Shown here one piece after another: positions 1 through 7,604 of a stretch of DNA of 37,864 nucleotides. The DNA comes from a virus: IMG/VR virus record IMGVR_UViG_3300045221_000018, one strand, 5' to 3'. Under the pieces are notes generated by a model that saw nothing but the letters and a program-made list of their open reading frames with translations, ran no database searches and was not told the origin of the DNA. How positions within the stretch are numbered: the stretch's first letter is position 1; every line of letters starts with the position of its first letter. The position numbers and the translations under genes are program-made.

Positions 1-127
1 AAAAGAGTAATAAACGCCAGTTGAATATCGCTAAACAAAATAGCGCTGCATTGGCTAAGGCAATTGAAAATGCAAATACAAAGTTGAATATTATCTCAAA
101 AGATGGGGTTTGGTACGAATATGGGGG
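1..127. repeat. 127-bp exact terminal duplication (identical to 37738..37864), consistent with a circular-assembly overlap
   Basis: Direct comparison: aaaagagtaataaacgccag...tacgaatatgggg occurs at both ends. An ORF reads straight through the junction. Confidence 0.95.
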
Positions 128-146
128 TAATGATGTAGATGAGTAG
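1..146 (+). CDS. 3' end of the Tal-like tail-associated protein gene that starts at 36771 and wraps across the junction
   Basis: The frame of ORF 36771.. continues through 37864 and position 1, ending at TAG 144..146. Combined length is about 370 aa. Confidence 0.8.
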   Translation, partial: KSNKRQLNIAKQNSAALAKAIENANTKLNIISKDGVWYEYGGNDVDE

Positions 147-540
147 ACCAATAATTACAAAAGGAAAAACAGGCATCGGTAATTTCGGCGTTGGCGTTAT
201 GCCAGATGGGACGTCAGATACTTTGCGATTATTAATCAAACCTGATGGGTTTCACTTTGAACCATCTGATTTTGAAGATTTAGTGTTACCTCACATCGTT
301 TTTGATACACCAGATGGATCTAAGTATGATTTGAGCTTTAGTGATGACGGTGAGTTACTGATCAACGGTACCAAGTTGGTCGCTTCTACTAATCAGGAAG
401 ATGAAACTATTGGGGGTAATAAAACTTACACAAACAACATAAACGTTAATGGTCAACTGATATTAGCATCAAACGGAAAACAATATATTGTTTCAGTAGA
501 CGAAAATAAAAATTTGATAGCAAACGAGGTAAAACAATAA
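139..540 (+). CDS. small tail-tip/baseplate-associated protein (133 aa), function unknown
   Basis: Track ORF. Its start overlaps the Tal stop and its stop abuts the next start (taATG), indicating translational coupling within the tail module. Confidence 0.6.
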   Translation: MSRPIITKGKTGIGNFGVGVMPDGTSDTLRLLIKPDGFHFEPSDFEDLVLPHIVFDTPDGSKYDLSFSDDGELLINGTKLVASTNQEDETIGGNKTYTNNINVNGQLILASNGKQYIVSVDENKNLIANEVKQ

Positions 541-2753
541 TGGACAGATTAGTCACTAATTTAAACACAAGTTTAGGACAGGTTATTCGAGATCAATTAG
601 ATGATAATTTCAAAAAAATTCAGCAAGGTCTTGATTCACAATCTGATTTAACGGATAAACAGATTGAAAAATTACTTGGTGACGTTAATGCGCAAGATAA
701 AAATGAAGTCACACAAGCTCGAATTGATGCCAATGGTGAATCATTTCAAACGTTAAAAGGGCGCATTGATAAAGACCAACGAAATGGGGAAACTGCCTTA
801 AATGAGGGACGTGAGACTGCAACAGAAGTCGCTAATGCTCGTATTAGTCGTTTAGGTAAATCTTATAGTTCGCTAAAAGAACGTATTGATAATGAATCTG
901 ATGCCATTAACGCTTCTTTTAATGAAAAGTTAGCTTACATGAGTCTTATTCCAGAAGCATTCGAGAATTTAAATGATTTAAAAAATAAATATCCAAACGG
1001 CAGGTTAGGTGTTTTTGTAACAGTAGATAATGGGCACAAATATATTTGGTCAAAAGGGGAATGGAAAGATGCTGGCATTTACCAAGCAGTTGGGTTGAGT
1101 GACAAAAACAAAGGTGATATATCATCATTTGTGTTTGGCGAAACTAGTTTAATTAAAAACGGTAACTTCAGTAACGGTATTGTTGATCCAGCTTATTTAT
1201 TTTCACCGTCTACGACAGCAACAATTGAGCAACCTTTATTTGGGCGCAATTGGTTACACGTAACAAGTACGGATGTTAAAGATGATTATGCCGGTGTGAA
1301 TTTTAAAATAGAAAACGAATTGTTTAATCAGGTGATAACTTTAAATAATTCATTTTCATCTTTGAAATTTAAAGCTCTTTTATTTTCTCAAAAAGTGCAA
1401 ACTATCACTTTTGTTATTGGTTATTACGATAGTAATGACAATCAAATTTCTAACGAATCTTTAACAACTAGACAACTAGATGTTAATAGTTTAGAAGAAT
1501 TAGATCTTTCATTTATTCCTAAGGATATTGCAAATGCTAGTTATTTACGTCTAGGAGTAGTTAGTGAAAAAAATAAATTAGTTGATGTGTTCATTACTGA
1601 TATCACTTTCAAACCTAGTTTCAATAATGATATCAAATGGATTAAGAACGGCAATTTAACAAGGCTTAATACTGGTAATGCTGTTGGTGAAAGAGGTATG
1701 ACACTATCGGTATTGCCAGATTTTAATAAAAAAGGATGGTTAAAAGCAAGTTGGAAAAATTCCACATTTGCCAGAGTTACTTGGACATTGCCACTTGATA
1801 AAATTAAAAAAATTGGTAGCGCTAATCTGTTAGTTAAATTGAACCTATTTGCTAATCAAGATAGTGATAATATTGGCATCAGATTGTCAACGTATGGTAC
1901 AAGCACGATTAACAAAGATATTTCTTTTCCTGTTAAAAAAGGAAAGTTGTATAAAAAGAATATTACATTACCTTTAAATTTAACTGATGACATTAATGAT
2001 ATTAAGCTGTTTGTTTTTGATATAACAGGAAATAAAACCGACGGTGAAATACTAATTTCAGATATCTCTCTTGATTTAATTAGATCAACAACCATTGATG
2101 ATTCACCAGAATTTAAAGCAGTTGAAGATTTGATTGCTTTTGGTGACTCAATCACTTGGGGGCTTCATTCAAGCGATAACACCGTTAATTCATGGACGGC
2201 TAACTTGATGGCGTATGGTGATATTAATATCACGAATACTGCTATTTCTGGGGCAACTTGGCAACATCAAGATAATAAAACAAGTAGCATTGTTGATGTT
2301 ATTCAAGCAACTGATGTGACTAACGTTAGAAATATTATTGCCTTTGGTGGTACGAACGACTTTGCGCAAGATTTGCCAGTTGGTACAATCGACGACACCG
2401 ACCCGACAACATTGTACGGTGCAATGAATGTCGGTATTCAATCTATCTATGAGCGTAACCCTAAAGTGTCTATTTATCTAGTCACACCAATGTGGCGTGC
2501 TCGTATTAATGACGCTAATTCACCTGTTGATGTTGAAACAACACCTAATAGCGTAGGACTTTATTTGCGCAACTATGTCGAGGCTGTTATTGCCATTGGT
2601 AAGAAATATCATTTGCCAGTGCTTGATTTGTATCACGAATTACCAATTAATCAATACAATTCAACGTCATTATTGGCTGATGGACTTCATCCTAACGACG
2701 ACGGTTATGTGTTGTTAGCTAAAAAAATTGGTAAATTCTTGAATGGCAATTAA
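540..2753 (+). CDS. tail fibre / receptor-binding protein with C-terminal SGNH (GDSL) hydrolase domain
   Basis: 737 aa. The N-terminus is a coiled-coil typical of phage fibre/baseplate proteins. The C-terminus carries block I AFGDSITWG and block V DGLHPNDDGY of SGNH esterases. Confidence 0.75.
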   Translation: MDRLVTNLNTSLGQVIRDQLDDNFKKIQQGLDSQSDLTDKQIEKLLGDVNAQDKNEVTQARIDANGESFQTLKGRIDKDQRNGETALNEGRETATEVANARISRLGKSYSSLKERIDNESDAINASFNEKLAYMSLIPEAFENLNDLKNKYPNGRLGVFVTVDNGHKYIWSKGEWKDAGIYQAVGLSDKNKGDISSFVFGETSLIKNGNFSNGIVDPAYLFSPSTTATIEQPLFGRNWLHVTSTDVKDDYAGVNFKIENELFNQVITLNNSFSSLKFKALLFSQKVQTITFVIGYYDSNDNQISNESLTTRQLDVNSLEELDLSFIPKDIANASYLRLGVVSEKNKLVDVFITDITFKPSFNNDIKWIKNGNLTRLNTGNAVGERGMTLSVLPDFNKKGWLKASWKNSTFARVTWTLPLDKIKKIGSANLLVKLNLFANQDSDNIGIRLSTYGTSTINKDISFPVKKGKLYKKNITLPLNLTDDINDIKLFVFDITGNKTDGEILISDISLDLIRSTTIDDSPEFKAVEDLIAFGDSITWGLHSSDNTVNSWTANLMAYGDINITNTAISGATWQHQDNKTSSIVDVIQATDVTNVRNIIAFGGTNDFAQDLPVGTIDDTDPTTLYGAMNVGIQSIYERNPKVSIYLVTPMWRARINDANSPVDVETTPNSVGLYLRNYVEAVIAIGKKYHLPVLDLYHELPINQYNSTSLLADGLHPNDDGYVLLAKKIGKFLNGN
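2131..2750 (+). other. SGNH/GDSL esterase domain within the receptor-binding protein
   Basis: Contains GDS(I)TWG, then FGGTNDF (Gly/Asn blocks), then DGLHPN (Asp-x-x-His catalytic block). Confidence 0.7.
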
Positions 2754-2767
2754 GCGGAGAAATAGAT

Positions 2768-3004
2768 ATGAAAAACTTTATGCCGCACGACTTAATCGGG
2801 TGGCTTACTGTACTAACATCGATTAGTGGTGCGGTTTGGGTGGTTATTAAATTCACGTTCGTTAAATCATTCGACATGCTGAATGAGACAATGAAAGAAT
2901 TAAAAAACACAATTGGGTCAGTTGACCAACGCATTGATAACTTAGATCGGCGTACCAGTATACTCGAAGATTGGCGTGCATATCACGATAAAAAGGGTGA
3001 TTAA
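2768..3004 (+). CDS. small single-TM membrane protein with coiled-coil tail (lysis-cassette accessory, possibly holin-like)
   Basis: 78 aa. Hydrophobic segment GWLTVLTSISGAVWVVIKF followed by a charged helix. Lies immediately upstream of the holin and endolysin. Confidence 0.5.
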   Translation: MKNFMPHDLIGWLTVLTSISGAVWVVIKFTFVKSFDMLNETMKELKNTIGSVDQRIDNLDRRTSILEDWRAYHDKKGD

Positions 3005-3006
3005 AA

Positions 3007-3321
3007 ATGAATCTAAAAACAATTGGAGAAATTATTTTATTTCTCTGGAATACAGGCATATTAACGGCAGTTGCATACGCAGCTAGTCGTTTTTTTATTG
3101 CCCACACAAAGAATAAGAACTTGTTGTTGCTAGAACAGTGGGCGTTGCAAGCCACTCAATACGCAGAAATGCACATACAAGGGTCAGATAAAAAGAAGCA
3201 AGTGGCTTTAAATTTTCTAGCTGATCGTTTAAATGCAAATAAATTAGGTTTGAAGTTTGATGCTAAGCAACTTGATACAGCTATTGAACTGGCAGTTAAG
3301 CAATTGAAAGGAAGCAAATAA
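3007..3321 (+). CDS. holin (LL-H-type, N-terminal TM)
   Basis: 104 aa. N-terminal TM segment IILFLWNTGILTAVAYAA and a charged C-terminus. Directly abuts the endolysin start (taATG). Confidence 0.65.
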   Translation: MNLKTIGEIILFLWNTGILTAVAYAASRFFIAHTKNKNLLLLEQWALQATQYAEMHIQGSDKKKQVALNFLADRLNANKLGLKFDAKQLDTAIELAVKQLKGSK

Positions 3322-4217
3322 TGGTTAAAAACATTAATGGCGACATCTATTCAGATTTGATTACAAGCTATGACAAGCGAGCAATGGCAGCGGGTTATTT
3401 TACACGAAAGCCAATTGATAGAATTTTAATTCATCACAATGCCACAACCAACAAAGATGTTGCGATTAACACTTGGTTGGCTACTGGTGCAGCACAAACA
3501 TCAGCCCACTATGAAATTGCCGACAATGAAATTATCGGGACGGTTGGTGAGCAAACTGCCGCATGGCATGCTGGTAACGCTGATATGAATGCACGTTCTA
3601 TCGGTATCGAACACAAGAATGCCACTGGGGGGCCAACGTGGACGATTTCAGAAGCAACATATATTAGTTCAGCTAAGTTAATTGCCGACATTGCCAAGCG
3701 CTATGGTTTCTATCCAGATAGCACACACGTTATTCCACATAAACATGTGGTTGCCACAGCTTGCCCAGGTGGCATTGATATGAACAAATTAATTACCATG
3801 GCACAAAAGGTATACAATGGCGGTAAGATAACCATTCACTCAAAAGTGGCTGTCAAACCAGATCAAAGCAAAGTAGATCAAGTACTTAACCCGGGCGAGT
3901 TCTTTAAAGCTAAGCCAGCTTATCGTGTTGACGCTATGAAAGAAGTTAATGGCATCTGGCAAGTTGTCAACTTCTCACTAGCAGGTGGCAAAGATATTGA
4001 CTGGACACTTAACGGATTAGGTGTTGAATCAGTTGATAAGGTGGATAAGGCTGGAAAGAAAACAGCCAACCAAACATTAGCAGTTGGTGACTACTTCCGT
4101 TTGCATTCAGATAGAATAAAAGTTATTGATAGTGATGATGCTACTAATGCTGTTTCGTTTAGTACCCGATATGGTGATGTATGGGTATCAGCAGATACAT
4201 TAACAGAAGTTAAATAA
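3321..4217 (+). CDS. endolysin: N-acetylmuramoyl-L-alanine amidase (Amidase_2/PGRP type) with C-terminal cell-wall-binding region
   Basis: Motifs ILIHHNAT, SAHYEI, AWHAGN, SIGIEH and PHKHV..CPG are typical of zinc amidase_2. Gene follows the holin. Confidence 0.85.
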   Translation: MVKNINGDIYSDLITSYDKRAMAAGYFTRKPIDRILIHHNATTNKDVAINTWLATGAAQTSAHYEIADNEIIGTVGEQTAAWHAGNADMNARSIGIEHKNATGGPTWTISEATYISSAKLIADIAKRYGFYPDSTHVIPHKHVVATACPGGIDMNKLITMAQKVYNGGKITIHSKVAVKPDQSKVDQVLNPGEFFKAKPAYRVDAMKEVNGIWQVVNFSLAGGKDIDWTLNGLGVESVDKVDKAGKKTANQTLAVGDYFRLHSDRIKVIDSDDATNAVSFSTRYGDVWVSADTLTEVK

Positions 4218-4224
4218 TATTCAG

Positions 4225-4253
4225 GCGCTCAACTTCGGTTGGGCGTTTTTTTA
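4225..4253 (+). terminator. rho-independent terminator after the endolysin
   Basis: Stem gcgctcaac / gttgggcg(t) with loop ttcg, followed by tttttttat. Confidence 0.8.
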
Positions 4254-4302
4254 TTGCTCTCAAACGCATTCTACAAGCATTTTTAAATGATTAGACGTAT
4301 AA

Positions 4303-4320
4303 TTGTCCACTTTTGGACAA
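4303..4320. promoter_or_regulatory. inverted repeat TTGTCCA-cttt-TGGACAA (operator-like)
   Basis: 7-bp perfect arms read directly. Shares the TTGTC/GACAA half-site with the repeat at 4371..4388. Confidence 0.4.
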
Positions 4321-4370
4321 AATAAAAAGGCTCATCTTCTACAGACGAACCTAGATTATTTTTAGTTTGA

Positions 4371-4388
4371 ATTGTCTTTATTGACAAT
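4371..4388. promoter_or_regulatory. inverted repeat ATTGTC-tttatt-GACAAT (operator-like)
   Basis: 6-bp perfect arms. Overlaps a TTGACA hexamer at 4381..4386. Confidence 0.4.
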
Positions 4389-4399
4389 CTCCCTGTGTA

Positions 4400-4428
4400 T
4401 TGACATGTCAACCATACATTGGTATGAT
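4400..4428 (+). promoter_or_regulatory. strong sigma-70-type promoter with extended -10, driving the ORF-free region
   Basis: -35 TTGACA (4400..4405, inside the perfect palindrome TTGACATGTCAA 4400..4411), 17-nt spacer, then TGg-TATGAT (-10 at 4423..4428). Confidence 0.65.
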
Positions 4429-4434
4429 AAACAC

Positions 4435-5385
4435 ATCAATTAAATATTAGAAAGTCTTGAAGTAGGAATTGGCGTTCCTAAATCAAGATGTGCCAAGAAT
4501 ATCATACTATTCGAGGTACGTGTTACTTCCTAACTGATATAACTATTGTATCAAATTAGAGGTAAAAATCAACAGGTAAGAACCAACAGGACGTAAAAGT
4601 CAGGAACTTACCAGAGGGTTATACAGCGTACTTTGAATAAGGCGCAAATGTATAACTCTTTTTTTATACAAGTATTCAACAGCAACGGTCAAAATGCACA
4701 GCCGTTATCCACATATCCTAGCAACTAGGCGGAGAACACTAACTCCGATGATTCAAAACAGTGCCCAAATGCAGTGTAATCTCCACTGGTGCGGGTTGTG
4801 GGGCGTGAAGCAGTCTTTGATACGTCCAAACCGAATGGTAAAGCCTAAACGAGTGATCGCAAGGTAAAAACAGAAGTTATTAACCGATAACAGACAGGGT
4901 GGCTAAAAGGCTGTCAGGTGCTTTCTAAGCATTTGATATGCAGAGACATGTAAGGCAGTACAATCAGTCGGAAACGGCAACACAGAGGAATGTCAGAGCT
5001 GTGGTAGTAAGGTGCTAATCAACGAGATGAGTTTGCGATAGGCGTGCTTCGTGACGAAGTGGCTAAACAAGCGGTTGTCCTAACAGAAGTAAGTTATTTA
5101 TTTTTTAACTTATTTCTCAATTTCAGGGGACAACTGTATACTCCTGACGAACTAGCGTTCAAAAGTGGCTGATTTGGTCTGGTTCTTCAAGGTTTTTTTG
5201 AACGAAAGTGAAAGAAATGCCTGCCGGCTTGAGGCTTCCAAGTGAGCTAACCTGAACAACAATCGGGGCAGTAATTAAAATGCTCTTGACTTAGCCTAAA
5301 CTTGTACAGCGAGCGTTGGTGCAGCGTTGACAAACGACTTCATGTTACACTGTTGCGATAGCCAGTAGAAACGAGGTCCTTACAC
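4435..5385 (+). ncRNA. candidate large structured non-coding RNA or structured leader (about 950 nt), family unassigned
   Basis: The track has no ORF of 60 aa or more on either strand across 4218..5385. The promoter at 4400..4428 lies upstream. Many perfect helices are present (coordinates in findings), including a GAAA tetraloop hairpin at 4967..4978. G+C is about 48-50% on two hand-counted 60-nt lines (4741.., 4801..). Confidence 0.55.
4618..4666 (+). terminator. internal terminator-like or attenuator-like hairpin with a U-run
   Basis: gttataca (4618..4625) pairs perfectly with tgtataac (4649..4656), followed by tcttttttta. The alternative pairing tgtata (4649..4654) with tataca (4665..4670) competes. 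Confidence 0.35.
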
Positions 5386-5733
5386 ATGACTAACGGCAGC
5401 ATTTGGCATGAACATTTAGCGAAATTTTTTAACTATAAAAGATTTAAAATATTTGATATTGAAGCTGAATTTGATGAGAAAGTTAATCAAGGTCTTGAGC
5501 CTAAAACAGCTTTAATGTTGGTCACACAAGATTATTTAGCGTTAAAGTTATCATCTTACAATGTGCCAGTTGTTGATTATCAGCAATTATTTAGAGAACA
5601 TTATACTGAAGCTAAGTTTGATTATGATCATGTACTAGCTTGGGCTAAGTTAGTTAATGAGTTTGGCATTGAACCAGCTAATGCACATTGGGATTCTTTA
5701 ATGCCTAATTTATTAGATGATATGTTAGAATAA
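5386..5733 (+). CDS. hypothetical protein (115 aa)
   Basis: Track ORF. GAGGT lies about 9 nt upstream of the ATG, and a strong terminator follows. Confidence 0.6.
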   Translation: MTNGSIWHEHLAKFFNYKRFKIFDIEAEFDEKVNQGLEPKTALMLVTQDYLALKLSSYNVPVVDYQQLFREHYTEAKFDYDHVLAWAKLVNEFGIEPANAHWDSLMPNLLDDMLE

Positions 5734-5753
5734 ACCCATACCACATTTTGTAA

Positions 5754-5790
5754 ACACCATAGGCTTTGTCATTTCCTATGGTGTTTTTTT
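5754..5790 (+). terminator. rho-independent terminator
   Basis: acaccatagg (5754..5763) pairs with cctatggtgt (5775..5784), followed by tttttt. Confidence 0.85.
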
Positions 5791-5910
5791 GTGTATTAAT
5801 AACAGAACCCCTGTTCAGTCATACAAACAATAAGACAACTTAGACATTTTAATTAATTAGTTGAACGTTTAGTGAACAACCATTCATTTAATGCTAGTAG
5901 TCTTTTTTGT

Positions 5911-5938
5911 TTGTTTGCTAAACGTTTGATGTTATGAT
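5911..5938 (+). promoter_or_regulatory. candidate promoter for the 5980 gene
   Basis: TTGTTT, 16 nt, TATGAT. Weak -35. Confidence 0.3.
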
Positions 5939-5979
5939 TGTTTGTATGATATGTCTAGATTGTTCGTTGGAGGTTATAC

Positions 5980-6480
5980 ATGCATAAATTTGATACTAAA
6001 ACTGCTTTAGCAAAAGAACTCAATATTACACGAGGAACTTTATACGCAAGGGCTGAAAAATATGATATTAACATTAATCAGTTGAACAGTGTTGGTTTAA
6101 CTGATGAAGAGTTAGCTCAACTTTCGTCAGATGGGAATGTAGAGTTAAACAATAAATCAAACAAAGAATTTGCACGTTTGTCGGCGGAGATTGAACGTTT
6201 GAACAAGTTGAACGAGGAGCTTTCAAACGAACGTACGAATGCACAAACAGAAGCGACAGAATACAAGGAAAAGTTTGAAGCGTTAAACAAAGATTTTATT
6301 TCCTCATTAAAGGAAGCTAATGAAAAATACTATCGTCTGTTCGATCAGTCTCAGATTTTACAATTGAACGGTAAAACAAGTAAGGATGAAGATGTTACTT
6401 TAATTGATAAGGACAAAACTGAACAGACACCCGAATTAGAACCTAAAAAAGGCTTCTGGTCACGTTTATTTGGTAACTGA
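5980..6480 (+). CDS. putative DNA-binding protein: N-terminal HTH plus coiled coil
   Basis: 166 aa. TKTALAKELNITRGTLYARAEKY resembles a helix-turn-helix. The remainder is heptad-like and charged. SD GGAGG lies upstream. Confidence 0.55.
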   Translation: MHKFDTKTALAKELNITRGTLYARAEKYDININQLNSVGLTDEELAQLSSDGNVELNNKSNKEFARLSAEIERLNKLNEELSNERTNAQTEATEYKEKFEALNKDFISSLKEANEKYYRLFDQSQILQLNGKTSKDEDVTLIDKDKTEQTPELEPKKGFWSRLFGN

Positions 6481-6569
6481 TACAATTGGTCTACATTGTG
6501 AAATTTACCAAAATATGCGCTTGTGAAGAGTGAAAATGGGCTTATGATGAGTTTGTGAAGTGACCTGAT

Positions 6570-6599
6570 TTCACTAATGGTTGAAAACGTTGGTATGAT
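6570..6599 (+). promoter_or_regulatory. candidate promoter with the same extended -10 11-mer (TTGGTATGATA) as at 4419..4429
   Basis: TTCACT, 18 nt, TGg-TATGAT. The exact 11-mer ttggtatgata is shared with the 4400 promoter. Confidence 0.4.
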
Positions 6600-6679
6600 A
6601 GGTACTTTCAGTAATATGTGTTATGTAACCTTTGATTGGTATACGTAGATCACGTTAAAATTTATAGGAGTAGTTCGAT

Positions 6680-7345
6680 ATGAAGTATTGGAAATATTAT
6701 GTGGGCACAATTGTGGTTTTGTTGTTAGTTGTGGGTGGTGTTATGACGGTAAATCACCACAATAAACAAAGTAAGTCAGCTGAATCGCATGTGGTGGTTA
6801 AAAAACACGATAGCAAACCTAAAAAAGTGAAAGCAAAGAGTAGTAGCAAAAAAGAAAAAGCAAAATCTTCTGATGAGGTAAGTTCATCAACAATCAGTTC
6901 TAGTGAAACATTGTCATCTCAACCACAAGTAAGTTCTTCTGTGGTAACCGATGACACAACTGATTCTGGTTTTGCTGAAGGTCAACCAACGTCAAATCCT
7001 ACATTAACAGCGTTTTTGAACAAATATGGTGTAACACCTGCACAGTGGTTGGTGCAAAATAAAGGTATGTCATTTGAAGATGCACTATATGCAACACCTG
7101 ATGAACAGGAAATGTCTGGTGAATTACAGAGTGAGTGGGCATATAAGCAAGGCACTCACGATCAAATGGTTGATGATAGTGATAATTATCAATCAGAAGA
7201 CTCAACCGATGTAATATGGGAAGACAATGCTGATTTTTACGGTACTGATGGGACACATTACCACAACGATGATCAAGGACACACTTATGACGATGATGGT
7301 AATGTTATTGGTAAAGGTAGTAATACAGTAGGAATGGGAGAGTAG
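6680..7345 (+). CDS. membrane-anchored Ser-rich, acidic protein of unknown function
   Basis: 221 aa. N-terminal TM segment YYVGTIVVLLLVVGGVM, a Lys/Ser-rich linker and an acidic C-terminal region. SD TAGGAG lies upstream. Confidence 0.6.
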   Translation: MKYWKYYVGTIVVLLLVVGGVMTVNHHNKQSKSAESHVVVKKHDSKPKKVKAKSSSKKEKAKSSDEVSSSTISSSETLSSQPQVSSSVVTDDTTDSGFAEGQPTSNPTLTAFLNKYGVTPAQWLVQNKGMSFEDALYATPDEQEMSGELQSEWAYKQGTHDQMVDDSDNYQSEDSTDVIWEDNADFYGTDGTHYHNDDQGHTYDDDGNVIGKGSNTVGMGE

Positions 7346-7347
7346 AT

Positions 7348-7557
7348 ATGAAAATTGGTGTAAGAAAGCCAAGTATTAAGAAGTCATTTAAGGCACGTAC
7401 AACGGCGAAATGGAAGCGTGAGTTAAAGTCAGCATTTATCCCTTGGTACGGTAAGAAAGGGGCAGGTTGGCTACACCCTAAGCGTAAAATTTACAATAAG
7501 GTGTACAGCAAGACAACAGTAGATGCATTGAAGCCACTAAAAGATTTATTTAAATAA
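7348..7557 (+). CDS. small highly basic protein (69 aa)
   Basis: Track ORF, coupled to the upstream stop (tagATATG). Lys/Arg-rich. Confidence 0.5.
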   Translation: MKIGVRKPSIKKSFKARTTAKWKRELKSAFIPWYGKKGAGWLHPKRKIYNKVYSKTTVDALKPLKDLFK

Positions 7558-7566
7558 CTGCACAAG

Positions 7567-7600
7567 AAAAGCCCTGATTTAATTATCGGGGCTTTTTTAT
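7567..7600. terminator. bidirectional rho-independent terminator between convergent genes
   Basis: aaaagccctga / tcggggctttt stem with one G-U pair. T-runs are present on both strands. Confidence 0.8.
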
Positions 7601-7604
7601 TTAT

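Noticed and set aside
1-127. Interpreting the 127-bp end repeat as a biological direct terminal repeat or an LTR-like element
   Set aside because: A coding sequence runs uninterrupted across it, and packaging genes of the HNH/cos type predict ends near 22.5 kb. The pattern is typical of a circular assembly overlap.
4525-4555. dif/Xer-like site (ACTTCCTA... resembles the left arm of Firmicutes dif), which could explain integrase-free lysogeny
   Set aside because: Only the first 8 nt and an AT-rich centre match my recollection of the dif consensus. The right arm does not align and the spacing is off. That is too weak to claim, though it could be revisited by comparison with the actual host dif.
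4254-5385. Group II intron, retron, CRISPR array or IS element as an explanation for the ORF-free block
   Set aside because: There is no reverse transcriptase, maturase, Cas or transposase gene anywhere in the genome. There are no repeat-spacer periodicity, no terminal inverted repeats and no recognisable domain V-like motif.
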